Shown here: positions 41,070 to 53,699 of the stretch, piece after piece
Numbering within the stretch: position 1 is the stretch's first letter
How the letters are laid out: each line of letters starts with the position of its first letter
Origin: Octopus sinensis
Lineage: Eukaryota
Direction of reading: 5' to 3'
NCBI RefSeq assembly: GCF_006345805.1
Contig: NC_043009.1
Coordinates: 31,558,001-31,622,000, forward strand
DNA length: 64,000 bases
Position numbers and translations under genes: made by a program
Notes under the pieces: model-generated
Seen by the model: the letters and a program-made list of their open reading frames with translations, nothing else
What the model was told of the DNA's origin: nothing
Database searches by the model: none

Positions 41070-41620
41070 AACTCTGCAAAGTTTGTTGAACTGAAGTGGG
41101 TTGGGTTGTAGAAGAGAGACAAGTCATTGCTCTACTGAAAGATCTGCTTTTCCACGTTCACAAATAGTTGGATCAATCTTATAGCCCTGTCTGATCAAAT
41201 GAACTTTTGATTGTGCCATTCTCAACCTCATGTGATCGGGTGTCATCCATTGAATCCATGGTGCTTCTGAACCAAGCTTAAAGGCCTTCAGCAGAGGGAA
41301 TTCTCTTGTCAAGATCAGTCTCAAAGTTTTCTACTTGGAATTGCAGTTTGGTTTCTTACCAAGATACTGTTAAGGACTTGACATGTATGACAAAACTTTT
41401 CCCTCACTTCAGTTACTGGATTGGCAGCTGAGGTCTGTGGAAGAGGTGGCATTCATTACTATTAGCCTTTGTCATCTAGATTCAAGTGGCCAATTTCTGC
41501 TTGATATCAGCAGGGACAATGCCAGTGCTAAGATGCAGGTTGTCTGTAGTCTATTCAAAATATCCCACTCTTAAATGTAACATTCCTTAATTTGAAATCA
41601 GGTTTTTTTCCTTTCTTCTT
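41070..41620 (-). pseudogene. Decayed LINE ORF2 C-terminus (clade uncertain, possibly Vingi/Ingi-like)
   Basis: TTDNLHLSTGIVPADIKQKLAT...K..SF and RQGYKIDPTICERGKADLSVEQ resemble post-RT and terminal CCHC-like segments. Many stops. Confidence 0.6.
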
Positions 41621-42973
41621 AAGAAGTTTGGTTAAGGAATCCCTCCTCACATCAACAAAAAAAAAACACAGCTTCATTGGGAGAAGGAAAAATATCATAT
41701 TTTTGAACTAGACACTTCAGTTACTGAACGAAGGTCTTTCTATATACAATAAACTTATCGCAAGCAGCCACTGTATGTCTTCTTATCCGTAACTTTAATC
41801 CTAACATTCATCATGGTAAGAAGTCTCACAGGCAGCACTGAATATCTGCAGAAATGAAGCAATAGAAGAGGAGGAGAAGGAGGTGGAGATGGCGGTGGTG
41901 GCGGCGGTAGTGGCGGTGGTGGTGGTGGTGGTGGTGGTGGAGGAGGGGAAGGAGACAAGGGGGAAATCTCCAACCAAGTACAAATTAGATTATTTCAAGA
42001 GAAATTCCGAAGTGAATACATATAAATGAGAATACTTTCACAAAACCATTCAACTCATCAATGCAGCACCGAAATCTGGCCTCTATAAGCTCAATGCGGC
42101 CTTTTAAAGTGTGGATGAGAAGCATAAACCCTCATTATTAGCAAACAACTTTCAGTTTCTTTATGGAGGCACAATCTCCACAGTTTGTGTGCTTCAAAAT
42201 AATTCTTCAAATAACTGTGTCTTTGACACAAGTCTGCAGAGTGGAAGTTGATCAGAAATTCTCAGCAATAATGAATCAGCAAAAGAATCTCTACATAGTC
42301 GTTTGATCTGCTGGAAGGAGCAGCTAAATCTCTTTCATAGCTTAGTTCTGGGTTTCTTGCACAAAAGAAAAAGGTATAGCAATGAAGTGGAGATGGTGAT
42401 GGTGGTGGTGGTGGTGATGGGAGATACTAAAAAGGATAAAGGCTAAAGTGTCCTTCTCAAGCCCTATGGACTCCTAAGGCCTAGTTTCACAGTTTCTATG
42501 GTCTATAAATACTTACCCCCAGGATGGGACATCAGTCCATCGCAGGATTAACTCCTTTTTACCAGGTGGGTGGACTGAAGCACCGTGAAATGAAGTGTTT
42601 AGTTCAAGAACACAGTTCATTTTCCAGTCCAGGAATTGAAATCATAATGTTACAATCATGAGCCCAACACCCTAACCACTCAGCCATGTACCTTCATCGT
42701 GAGAGTTAATTGTTTCAATGAAATTCACCCCAGAATGATGAAAGAGAGTTGACATGGTTGTGATTTGAATTGCAAGTGTAAAGGGCTGAAGCTAAACACC
42801 AAAAGACATTTTGTCAACTCAATCCCTCCTCATCATCCTCCTCCTCCTCCTCCTCATCATCATCATCATCATCATCATCATTATCATCATCAACGTCACC
42901 ATCGTCATCATCGTCCTCATCATCATCGACATCATCGTCATCATCATCATCATCGTCATCATCGTCATCATCG

Positions 42974-43013
<40 letters not shown>

Positions 43014-45533
43014 TTAGTGTCTGTTTTCCATGCTGGCATGGATTGGATGGTTCAAAATGATCCAACAAAGGTGGCAGACTGCCTTGAACTTCAATATCTG
43101 CTTCTACAGGATTTCTATAGTAAAATGGCCTTCCTGGCACCAACCATTTTACAGAGTGTACTGGGTACATTTTTATATAGTACCATCACTAGCAAGGTCA
43201 CCAAGTACCAAGTATTAGAAGACAAAAAGAGTATTAGAGGACAAAAAGGAACTGGTAATGATATGAGTGGTGGTCTCCTGGAATCTCTGCCATGAGTTTT
43301 CTCGTGTTACCACAGAACTCAGACATTGATATTCCCTGTGATATCTTTTCTTCCATGGATGATATTACCCGGAGAGTAGTCCGGTTGGTCATTAGTCATT
43401 GATATGAATCTGGTCCCATCAGCTAAGAAGACAGTCCATCACTATATCCTTCACTGCATCTTTATCAGCTGGCTGGATCATAAAAGGGGTTTTCAGGCAA
43501 CGAAGACAAAGATGGATTAACCAGCCATATCCAGTCCAAATATTCTACCTGTTTTATATCAAAACTGGATAGATCCAGCCTTTCACACCTACTTTCTAAA
43601 ATGTCATTCTAAAAATGAACAATCACAGCATCAATGTCTTGAAGCTGCAAATTAATATGATGATTAATTTAATTAAAAATGATGGGAATAAATAAGCATC
43701 ACATTAGGCAGTGTAATCTGCATGCCAAAGAGTTAATAACGAAAAGGACTGTGTGTCGGAAGAACGTTGAAGAAGTACTTAGTGTGGTGAGGATTGGTGG
43801 TCGTATCTAAGACCTCACTGAACCTCAGCCTAGACAATGGGGATATTCATTGGTTTATTCAAATAATTCAATGGATCAAATGACTGGAAACCCTTTGCTG
43901 AAACCAACAGAGAATCCATTATCTCCACATTTTGATTAAAATATTGAATTCTTGTGATTCCCATTTTTCTGTTTATTTTCAGCAGAAAACTGAAAAGATC
44001 TGAGAGAAAATGTGAGGAATTAATGAGAAAAAAACTAAATAATCTGTAAAATGATATGTACTAAATATTTTTACCATTCACAATGTTGAGATTAAATTGT
44101 TTTCTGCCAGAACAAATCTTTGGTATCTTTCAATAATTAGGCACAATAGTTAAGTAGCAGAATCCTTAGTTCATTAGTTTCTATTCTGATGCCATCATTG
44201 TGTTCTGTCTTTTACAAACACACTTAAATCCACTTGTCCAACAGAATGTTTTTCCTCTAATTACTAAATCCTTCTTTATTCAAACTGAAATCTGAGAATT
44301 GTTTTGTTTTAGTTTTATTCATTTTATTTTGTTTTGTTTGTTTCTCATTTAAATTTTTCTTACCTGAAATGAGGTTTATATTTTTGAATTGTTATTATTT
44401 CTTTTAATGATACTTTAATTAGAGTTTGTCAGGCAATTTTTCACCACCACCACCACTACCATCGCTAAACCACTACTCTTACTACTACGAAGGTGGTGAT
44501 GATGACATTGATGATGATGGTGATGACACCAGTGCCAACAATGATGACACTGAAGACGAAGATGATAATGATAATGACAATGAGGTTGATGTGAACAATG
44601 ATGACAACAACAATGGCAATGACGATTATAACAACAACAATGATGGTAATAATGATGATGATGATGATGATGTCAGTATCACAATGGTTATATTGATTTA
44701 AAATTTTGACACAATGCCATCAATTTCAGGTGTGTAGGTGGGGGGATAAGTCGATTACATCAACACTAATACTCAATGAGTTCTTATCTCACCGACCCCG
44801 AAAGGACGAAAGCAAAGTGAACCTCAATAGAATTCAAACTCAAATTTAAAGATACACTGAATGCCACTAAACATTTTGCCCATCGCAGTAACAATTCTTC
44901 CAACTCCCCTCCTGGCACAACCATTTCATTCTTTTACTGTTTATCTTTTCCTTTTTTCAGTCATTAGACTGTGAACATGCTGATAATATTTCATTTGACA
45001 TCAGATTTACTCCATATAAAACAAAGAATGGTATCAGCGTTTTTAGCCTTATTCAATTAAAGCAATTAATTTAGGGAAAAATAAATTTGAATTACTACAA
45101 AATTATGACAGTTCAACTTTTACAGAACACACCATTAAATAAACTATTAACAATGGAAGTAGTACTGATTCCAAATGAGAGTCTTCATATTCTGCTTGAA
45201 GAAATATTGGTAGCAGACAGGAATCATCCAGCACCAGTGGTGGTATTCTTAGATCACATGATTTCAGCATCATTTTGCTTCAGCAGCAGCAGTAGCAACA
45301 GCAGCAGCATCTGCTCACCGCATGTAAGTCAAATCTTGCTGTCACTGATATAAAGAAAATCAGTGACAGTTCTGTCACTGATGTTGCAAAAAGCCAGTAG
45401 GATGGCCTGAAGAATAAACCTATCACCTGATGTTATAATACCATAAATCCCTTTATCCTTTTACTTATAATGATATACCATAAATCCATACACTGGATTT
45501 AACAATAATCTATCCTTAAAACGTATGCAAGTA

Positions 45534-45664
45534 TACATTATTTATACTATTCACATTTGATGGATATTTGTCTTCATCTTGTTTCAGCTGATATACCCTC
45601 AGGTGTCTTGGGGAAATTTTGAACCTGGGTTCTCATTCCTAAGGTTTTCTTTTTTCCCAATGTA

Positions 45665-45703
<39 letters not shown>

Positions 45704-46103
45704 GAGTGAGAGAGCAGATCATGCCATCAAAGTGACACTGGGGTAAAATATACGAAGCTCAATATACCCATCATGACTACCCGTCTGATAAAGGTACACC
45801 AGGCACATGCATCACAACCATATGTGCGCGACATGGTGATCTCATATCAAGATAAACAGCACATGACCTTGCAGGTGGGTCCCAGTTAGAAATTTCTTCA
45901 GGTTGAGTAGCCCATCCCGCTCAAAAGGTCCCTGAATAAGGGTTGTTTAAGGATGTTGAAAGAACCACCCATGTTTCCAGAGGTGAATTATTCAAACCCC
46001 AAAGAATCCCTCTCAACACATGGCTATGATGCTCCCCCACTACTTCTGCTCGTAATCAGAGATGAACATATCATCAGCCACTAATTATCATTATTATTAT
46101 TAC

Positions 46104-46135
<32 letters not shown>

Positions 46136-46322
46136 GTTATTATTATTATCATTGTTATTATTATTATTATTATTATTGGAATTGAACTCGGGATCTTGGG
46201 GTTAGTAGCCCGTGCTCTTAACCACTACGCCATATGCCTGTGGTTAAGAGCGCATGTTACTAACCCCATGATTCTGAGTTCGATTCTAGGCAGTGACTTG
46301 AATAATAATGATAATAATAATA

Positions 46323-46369
<47 letters not shown>

Positions 46370-46533
46370 TCAAGAAAAGAAAAAAACCTTAGGAAGGAGA
46401 ACCCAGGTTTGAAATTTCTTCAATACACCTGATGAAGGCTGGAGGGTATATCAGCTGAAACAAGATGACGACAAATATCTGTCAAATGTAAATAATGTAA
46501 ATAATGTACCTCATCTCTTAAATATAGAACTGT
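45534..46533. mobile_element. Head-to-head inverted pair of family A elements
   Basis: Minus copy 45534-46243 (HHR core deleted, interrupted by the 45704-46083 insert) joins a plus copy ~46240-46533 (CTGATGA-A-GGCTG...CAGCT-GAAA at 46429-46460) via a gtgg microhomology. Confidence 0.82.
45704..46083 (-). mobile_element. ~380-bp (AAT)-tailed element inserted in the (AAT)n tract of a family A copy
   Basis: Complex sequence bounded by (TTA)n on both sides; the minus-strand 3' end is gctctctcactc(aat)n. Confidence 0.65.
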
Positions 46534-47038
46534 ATCATACACACACACACACACACACACACCACACACACACACACACATGTATTTATATCCCCGTATG
46601 TGTGTGTGTGTGTGGGTGCTTGGGTGTATGTGTGTGTATATAGTAATGTATATAATAATATTTGGGGATTGTCAAACACACAATTTCACATCAAGAACCT
46701 TCCAAAACAAACACATAAATATATATTCTTTTATTCTTTTATTTGTTTCAGTCATGTGACTGTGGCCAGGCTGGAGCATTGCCTTGAAGGGTTTTAGGTG
46801 AACAAAAATCAACCACAGGATTTATTTCTTAAGCCTAGTACTAATTCTATCGATCTCTTTTGCTGAACTATTAAATTATGGGATATAAACACACCAACAC
46901 CGGTTGTCAAGTGGTGATGGGGGAACAAACACAGACACAAAGACACACACACATTGACATATACATATTTTCAAACAGGGTGCCGTGAATATACTGTCGT
47001 CTCAATTATGCAAAAGTGAAAATAACTCTGACGTCTCA

Positions 47039-47040
<2 letters not shown>

Positions 47041-47071
<31 letters not shown>

Positions 47072-47372
47072 GTCTAACGTTCGTTTTCCGTGCTAGCACG
47101 GGTTGGACGGTTCGACCGGGGTCTGGGAAGCCAGGGGCTGCACCAGGCTCTAGTCTGATCCGGCAGAGTTTCTACAGCTGGATGCCCATCCTAATGCCAA
47201 CCACTCCGCGAGTGTAGTGGGTGCTTTTTACGTGCCACCTGCACAGGTGCCAGGGGGGTCCGGCATCGGCCACGATCGGTTGGAGCTTTTAACATGCCAC
47301 CAGCATGGGAGCCAGCCAAGGCGGCACTGGCAACGGCCACGTTCGGATGGTGCTTTTTATGTGCCACCGGCA
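47041..47372 (-). mobile_element. Well-preserved (GAT)n-tailed SINE/RTE-like repeat
   Basis: CpG-rich copy: ctaacgttcgttttccgtgctagcacgggttggacggttcgaccggggtctgggaagcc... Confidence 0.85.
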
Positions 47373-47416
47373 CACCAAAATTACATAAAAATATCTTCAA
47401 ATACTAAAGAGGAAAT

Positions 47417-47960
47417 TTATTCAATAAACTCACCATTGGCTTCAATCATGGCCTCCAGACAACTTTGCAATCTCCTGCAACTCTTCTGGATGATCTCCTT
47501 GTTTAAGTTGGTGATTGCTGCCATAATCCTTGCCTTCCATCTTTGGTGTTAAAAGGAGTTTTGTTGATCTCTTGCTCAGCTGCGCCCCATACAAAATAAT
47601 CAAAGGGGTTGCAGTCTGGGTAAATTAAGTGGCTAGATGTTAGGGGTGATGTGGTCACAGAAATTGTCTGACAGCCATGACTGGGTTCCCCTGCTTGTGT
47701 GACATGGTACAGAGCCCTGTTGCCAGACAGAGGCTCTTCCAGCAGCCACCCTCTTGACCCAGGACAACACTACCCCATCCAGGCACTTGATGTAGGCTTG
47801 CATGTTGATTGTGAGGCTGTGTGGGAAGATGAATGGAGGCATAACGTTGCCATCACTGGTGATCACTTGAAACACTATGATATTGACTGGATGCTTGATT
47901 TTTATCACTCGGTAGATGTCCTCAGATTGACACCCAAACACTCTGGAATGTTCATATTAG
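47417..47960 (-). pseudogene. DD37D transposase C-terminal fragment
   Basis: KHPVNIIVFQVITSDG...VWQQGSVPCHTSRGTQSWL...then a frameshifted WPPNSPD.NPLD-like segment and ANGEFIE*. The reconstructed D-to-D spacing is 37. Confidence 0.8.
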
Positions 47961-48598
47961 AGCTTCCAGCATGAATGCCAAGTAGTACAGCATGCCATTT
48001 CCAAATTTCTGGCAGAGTGAATTGTGTCATGGTGCTGTGTTTCTCACAGACAGTGCCCAACTGACCCTACTTTACTGTGTAGCTGCCAAAATTAAAAGTA
48101 AAGAATGTGCATGTGCGAAATTAAGAACATGCGACAATTCACCCATCACGCCCTGTATACATACGATAGGCTTCTTTAAGTTTCTGTCTACCAAATCCAC
48201 TCGCAAGTCATTGGTTGGCTCAAGGCCATAGCAGAAACACCTCCCCAAGATGCCATGCAATAGGACTGAACCTTGAACTGTGTGGTTGGAAAGTAAGCTT
48301 CTTATATACTTATTATTATTCTTATACAATAATGTCATTAATAGTGACATTTTGGCCAGTTAAGCCATCATTGGAAAGCACAATTGGACAGCACTTTGGA
48401 CAGCACAATTGGACAGCACACTTCAAAGTCACTGTCAACAACATTCTTTTATAAGAACACTAAATTTGTACTTTAGAAAAATATAGAGTAAGTCATCAGA
48501 TTAATATAAAATTGTTTTTATTATGATTGAACTTAAAAGCAAAAATTACTATATTATATAACATATGGTATAATTATAAACAGGTCAAATTTTAGCCA

Positions 48599-48699
48599 TT
48601 TCTCTGCAGACTGAAAAAGATGATAACCTTAATTGATTTTCAAGCCTTATTGGGGTCTCATCAGAGGCATCCACATCTTTCTGACAGTCTCCAGAGAAA
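48599..48699 (-). ncRNA. Type I hammerhead with long stem I (family C, copy 1)
   Basis: tttctctggagactg..agaaagatg..ATGCCT-CTGATGA-GACCC-caataa-GGCTT-GAAA-ATCAATT-A-AGGT..catcttttt-cagtctgcagagaaa. UUA triplet; one mismatch in stem II. Confidence 0.72.
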
Positions 48700-49017
48700 C
48701 AAGTAGGCAAAAATGAAAATAACGCTGATGCCTCATCTTAACAGATGTATTTACCAAAATTACATAAAAATATCTTCAAATACTAAAGAGTAAATTTGTT
48801 GAATAAAGTTTCCAATGAAACAAGCAGCCAAACTGTTTATATACTCAAGAAATGCAGCAGTTACTCTATGAAGGAATCCCTAATTTGCATACCAAAAGTG
48901 TTAAACACTCTATAAATGACCAGTGGCCTGTCAATTGGGATCTTAGTTCACACAGTATCAAGGTATGATGTAATAAGTGATCTATGGTTTAATCTTAAAC
49001 TGGGCAAATTTTAGCCA

Positions 49018-49123
49018 TTTCCCTGCAGACTGAAAAAAAATGATGAACAACCTTGATCGATTTTCAATCCTTATTGGGTTCTCATCAGAGGCGTCCACAT
49101 CATTCTGACAGTCTCTAGAGAAA
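49018..49123 (-). ncRNA. Family C hammerhead, copy 2 (U16.1 changed to C)
   Basis: GGACGCCT-CTGATGA-GAACC-caataa-GGATT-GAAA-ATCGATC-A-AGGTTGTTC. Direct repeat of 48599-48699. Confidence 0.62.
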
Positions 49124-50609
49124 TATATATATTTTATAGGGTCTTACATACAGTTCCCATCTATTAAAAGTAGAACATACTTGCTGAAAATGCCATACTA
49201 TAGAACCAAGCCTTAGAACATGCGAAGCACTTGATCATACAGAGATGCCCACCCCTATGATATTCCTAAATCACAACAATGGTTTGTCATGTTCTGCTCT
49301 CCTCTTCCTTCTCCTCATCACTCACCAGAAAGTTGGCAGAGTGGGATGAGGGTAATAAAAGTCAGTTGAGGTGTTTGTGTTGAGGTTGGTGTTTGTAATT
49401 AGGTCTTAGTTTATTGCTGTTGATTAATAATCTCGTTAATCAATATTCAGATTGTTATTGTTGTTGTAAATTCATGGTGTGTATGTCATGTGTGTTTTAG
49501 AAGAGTTACACCTGTCTGTCGGATGAAAGAACTAAATCAGTCGACAACAGGAAGAACATCCAAACTTAGAATGCGGCCCTCACAAAACTTTTCGGCCCTC
49601 ATGTGACAAAAAGAAGATAAAAACTGCTGCTGCTGCAATTCTTCCTGTAATTGCTGCTGCTGCTGCTGATGATGATGATATAACTCCATGCTATTGTTGT
49701 TGCTGCTGTTGTTCTTGCTATTGCTGCTGCTGCTGTTATTTTTATTTAGTCCCATATCAAACAGACTTATAAAGAAAAGACAGTCCAGTAGAGGCCATCC
49801 AGTCTGTTTAAGGTTCTCTAGTGCTACATTACATTGCGTTCTCATTTTCAAGCCAACAGGGGCTTAAATGTAGTGGACAATTAGCTGCTATTTCTAGCAG
49901 GTAAAAACAACCATGTAAAGACACTTCTCTCACATTTTCATTCTCTGTCAAGTTAGAAGTTTACTGATTCAGCAAGCACACACGTTGAGGTAATCTTATA
50001 AAGCCTGAACTGTTTATAGATGGAAATTAATTTAGTAATTATCAGGTATCATGCAACATTAGGTTCCACAATCCATGAATTCCAAGCTAATATAGAATCA
50101 ACTATCGATAGTCAAATGCAATTGACCATGTACACATCTGGATTGTCATAGGTAATTGGTTTGGAGCCAAGCTTTAGTGTTTGAGTGTTAATTCTGATTA
50201 AAGACAGTCTGTGTAAATCTGTGCATATGTATGTCTGCATTTTACTGAATTTAGTCTCATAAGCTGAGCAGATAATGGAGTCGTTATATAAAGATAGTCC
50301 CGTCTAGTTAATCGAATTGTTTAGAATATTGTTAGACTGTTGAAACATTTGTTATCGGTTTCTTGATAGCGAAAATTAATTCAACGTGTAAAGTGGATGA
50401 TGGTTTTTGTTGCAAATGTGTAATTGAATCATATTTGAAGCTTGAAACATCCGAGATGGAGAAAATAAATACACACTGATAAATACACACACACATGCAC
50501 ACACGCGCATACAGGTTAGGCAGAACTCAAAACAAGAGTATATATATATATGTACAAATACATACATTATTCTTATATATATGTATATATATGTATGTAT
50601 GTATGTATG

Positions 50610-50689
<80 letters not shown>

Positions 50690-52017
50690 TATATATGAAA
50701 TCTCTATTTATTTTCTTGCCTTCCTGACTGTCAAACTAATACACCTGCTTATTGTTTATGTCCCTGTCTTCGTTTTTTTGTTTTCTGTAAATTTCAACTA
50801 TGTATATATATATATATATTACCTGTTGTTTTGTCATTCATAAGTAATCAATTAAACAGAGATGTGTCTCCTGCATAAAGTAAGATGAACTCAAGGAAAA
50901 TAATAAAAAAGAACAGGTTAATTAGAGAAGTGCAAAGAATCAGAATTGCACCTACATATATTTTATAGAAGTTTTGTTACTCCTCTGGTACCAAAGGTTT
51001 CCTGTTGACAGAAATCATTTTTGTTTTTGCAACAAGGATTCAAAATACATAAGATACATAAGGTATTTTGTACTTTGCTCCAAAAATTGCTGATCTCTGT
51101 TATCAGAAACTTATACGCATGTATGTATACACACACACACACACATGCATGTGCACATATGCACACACTGTTGTGTTTCTGTTTTTGTTTGTGTTTCACC
51201 AGAGGTCATTTTAAAGTGTTATCTTCTGTCTTTAATTCAAAAACTAAAGCGTTTTGCTAGGTGATATCTTTTTCTTTCTTTTTCCTTCTTTCTTTTCTTC
51301 TTTCTCAATACAGAAAATTGGAAATTTCCTCTGACTTCACAAACATTACTTGACTTTCCATCTATTGAAAACGTATTTCACACTCTTTTATCCCTGAAAA
51401 ATATTTTCCTTTTCACTTCTAACTTCTTCGTTTTCATCTTCTCTGAATTCTTTTTGATTTATGAGTTATTCAAATATTCTGTTTAATTATGCAGCGTTAT
51501 TTGGACAGTTGTATCTCCATCCTAAATATTTGAGCAAATCCGTGAATACAGAAGAAATAGCACCATAAACAAATAGCTGACACTGAACATAATAGATGGT
51601 AATGAGTTCCAAATTTATCCATTTCTTCTTTTCTGCACAACTTGGAAATAATGTTGTATTTTTAATCTTTCTGAAACGCCACCTCTCGTTACCGATCTTT
51701 AACTTGAGTTCAACTTTCTAGATTTTGAATTTTAAGTCATGTGATATCATTGAACATCGATATTTCTAGAAAAATGAAAAAAAAAAGAAAAGAAAAACAG
51801 GCAACAAAACTGTGGAAGAATTTTTGCTTTTGTTTTTTTTATTTTTGTTTCTGTTGAATTTATTTATTTATTTATTTATTTGGTTGTTATCAATGGATGT
51901 TGCATTTATGCAGACTCATGATTCGACTTTGGAAAGGTGGGGGCGAGAGAGAAGGGAAGAGGAGGAGAAAAGATTAGTAATATAGTAAGATAAAGAAGGA
52001 TGGAGATGAAGGAAAGT

Positions 52018-52053
<36 letters not shown>

Positions 52054-52369
52054 GAAGGAGAAGGAGAGTAAATATGGAAGATATTTGATAGAGGAAATAA
52101 CAGAAAGAATATACATATTTACATCTATATTTGTTTGTGTGTTTGTGTACATATATGTATATGTACACACACATGCATGCACACACACACACACACACAC
52201 GCACACACAGATACATGAAGAGATAAAGAAAGTGAGAGTAATAAACAAACAGACAGGCAGGCAGATGCATAGACAGACGGACTGACAGATGGACAGACAG
52301 CTGAACAGACAGGTGGGTGAGTGGACAGACAGACAGACAGACAGATAGGCTGGTAGATAGGTAGATATA

Positions 52370-52453
52370 TAGACAGATAGATGGATTGATAGAGATAGAT
52401 AGATAGATATGTAGATAGGCAGGCAGATTGATAGATTGATCGATCGATAGATT

Positions 52454-52489
<36 letters not shown>

Positions 52490-52490
52490 T

Positions 52491-52554
<64 letters not shown>

Positions 52555-52594
52555 GTAGATATATATAGATAGATAGGTAGGTAGGTAGATAGAC

Positions 52595-52636
<42 letters not shown>

Positions 52637-52672
52637 GTAGATAGGTAGGTAGGTAGAGAGATAGATAGATAA

Positions 52673-52704
<32 letters not shown>

Positions 52705-52729
52705 GTAGATATATAGATAGATAGGTAGG

Positions 52730-52804
<75 letters not shown>

Positions 52805-52897
52805 GTAGATAGGTAGGTAGGTAGAGAGATAGATAGATAGATAAATAGGTAGATAGATAGATAGATAGGTAGGTAGATATATAGATAGATAGGTAGG

Positions 52898-52937
<40 letters not shown>

Positions 52938-52942
52938 CAGAC
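52370..52942. repeat. (GATA)n / (GGTA)n / (GACA)n tetranucleotide array
   Basis: ~570 bp of gata units with variants. It explains the YLSI-repeat ORFs at 51916-53071. Confidence 0.97.
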
Positions 52943-53699
52943 AGAGGCCATGAAGGAGTGAAGGTGATAGGGGGAAGATATTGCAAAGAGGAGGAAATGT
53001 AAGAGAAGTAAAATGTAAAAAAATTGCAAGAAATGAGAATTATATATTTTAGAGGAGAGAGAAGAAATCATGCAGAGAAATACTGAAGAACAAAAAGGTA
53101 TCAGGGAGAAGGAAGAAGAGAAGAAGAAAGTGGTGAATGAGGAGGAGGAGGAGGAGTGGGTAAAAGAAGAAGAAGAGGAGTTGACACTAGAATGAATAAA
53201 AGAAGGAATAATACAAAAATGGAAAGGATGATAGTTCTTCCAAATATCAAACTAAGAATCATAGGAAGAATCTAAAGAATAATTCCAGCAAAGCATCCTA
53301 ATGTTTTAAACATTCATTCTAAAATTGTACATGATGGTCAATTGATGGACGCTTATTAGAGGAGTTGGTACATGTCTTGTGGTAATTATCATGGTTTTGT
53401 GTTCTGTGTTTGAATCCTACTGATGTCACATTTTTATTCCTCGTCTGTCAGTAAATAATCTACTTGTGTGGAATGTTGATAAAGATGAATTTGAGAACTT
53501 TATTGTTCCAAATGACCTATTTAAGGTTTGTTATACAGAACAGATTATATTAGAACATGTCTATTTTTTTTTTACATCCCCAGGCCTATTCTCCATTCTT
53601 TTAGGAGGGGGTAGCCACAACAAGACACTCACCAGGCATTCCATTTATTTCCCAGCTCAAAGAGGTGAGCCCCGTCCTATACTCAGGTCAAAGCATAAA

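Larger units (their letters stand above)
46976..48155 (-). mobile_element. Internally deleted DD37D (maT-type) Tc1/mariner-superfamily transposon, interrupted by a SINE-like insert at 47041-47372
   Basis: Degenerate CAGGG TIRs (15/24 match by eye) and a transposase C-terminal half. Confidence 0.7.

Noticed and set aside
49537-49851. 104-aa minus ORF with HHHQQQQQQLQEELQQQQ
   Set aside because: Driven by (CAG)n/(CAT)n; no recognisable domain and weak splice signals. A real exon cannot be excluded without RNA data.
51916-53071. Two 356-365 aa ORFs (YLSI repeats)
   Set aside because: Translations of the (GATA)n array; no complexity or domain.
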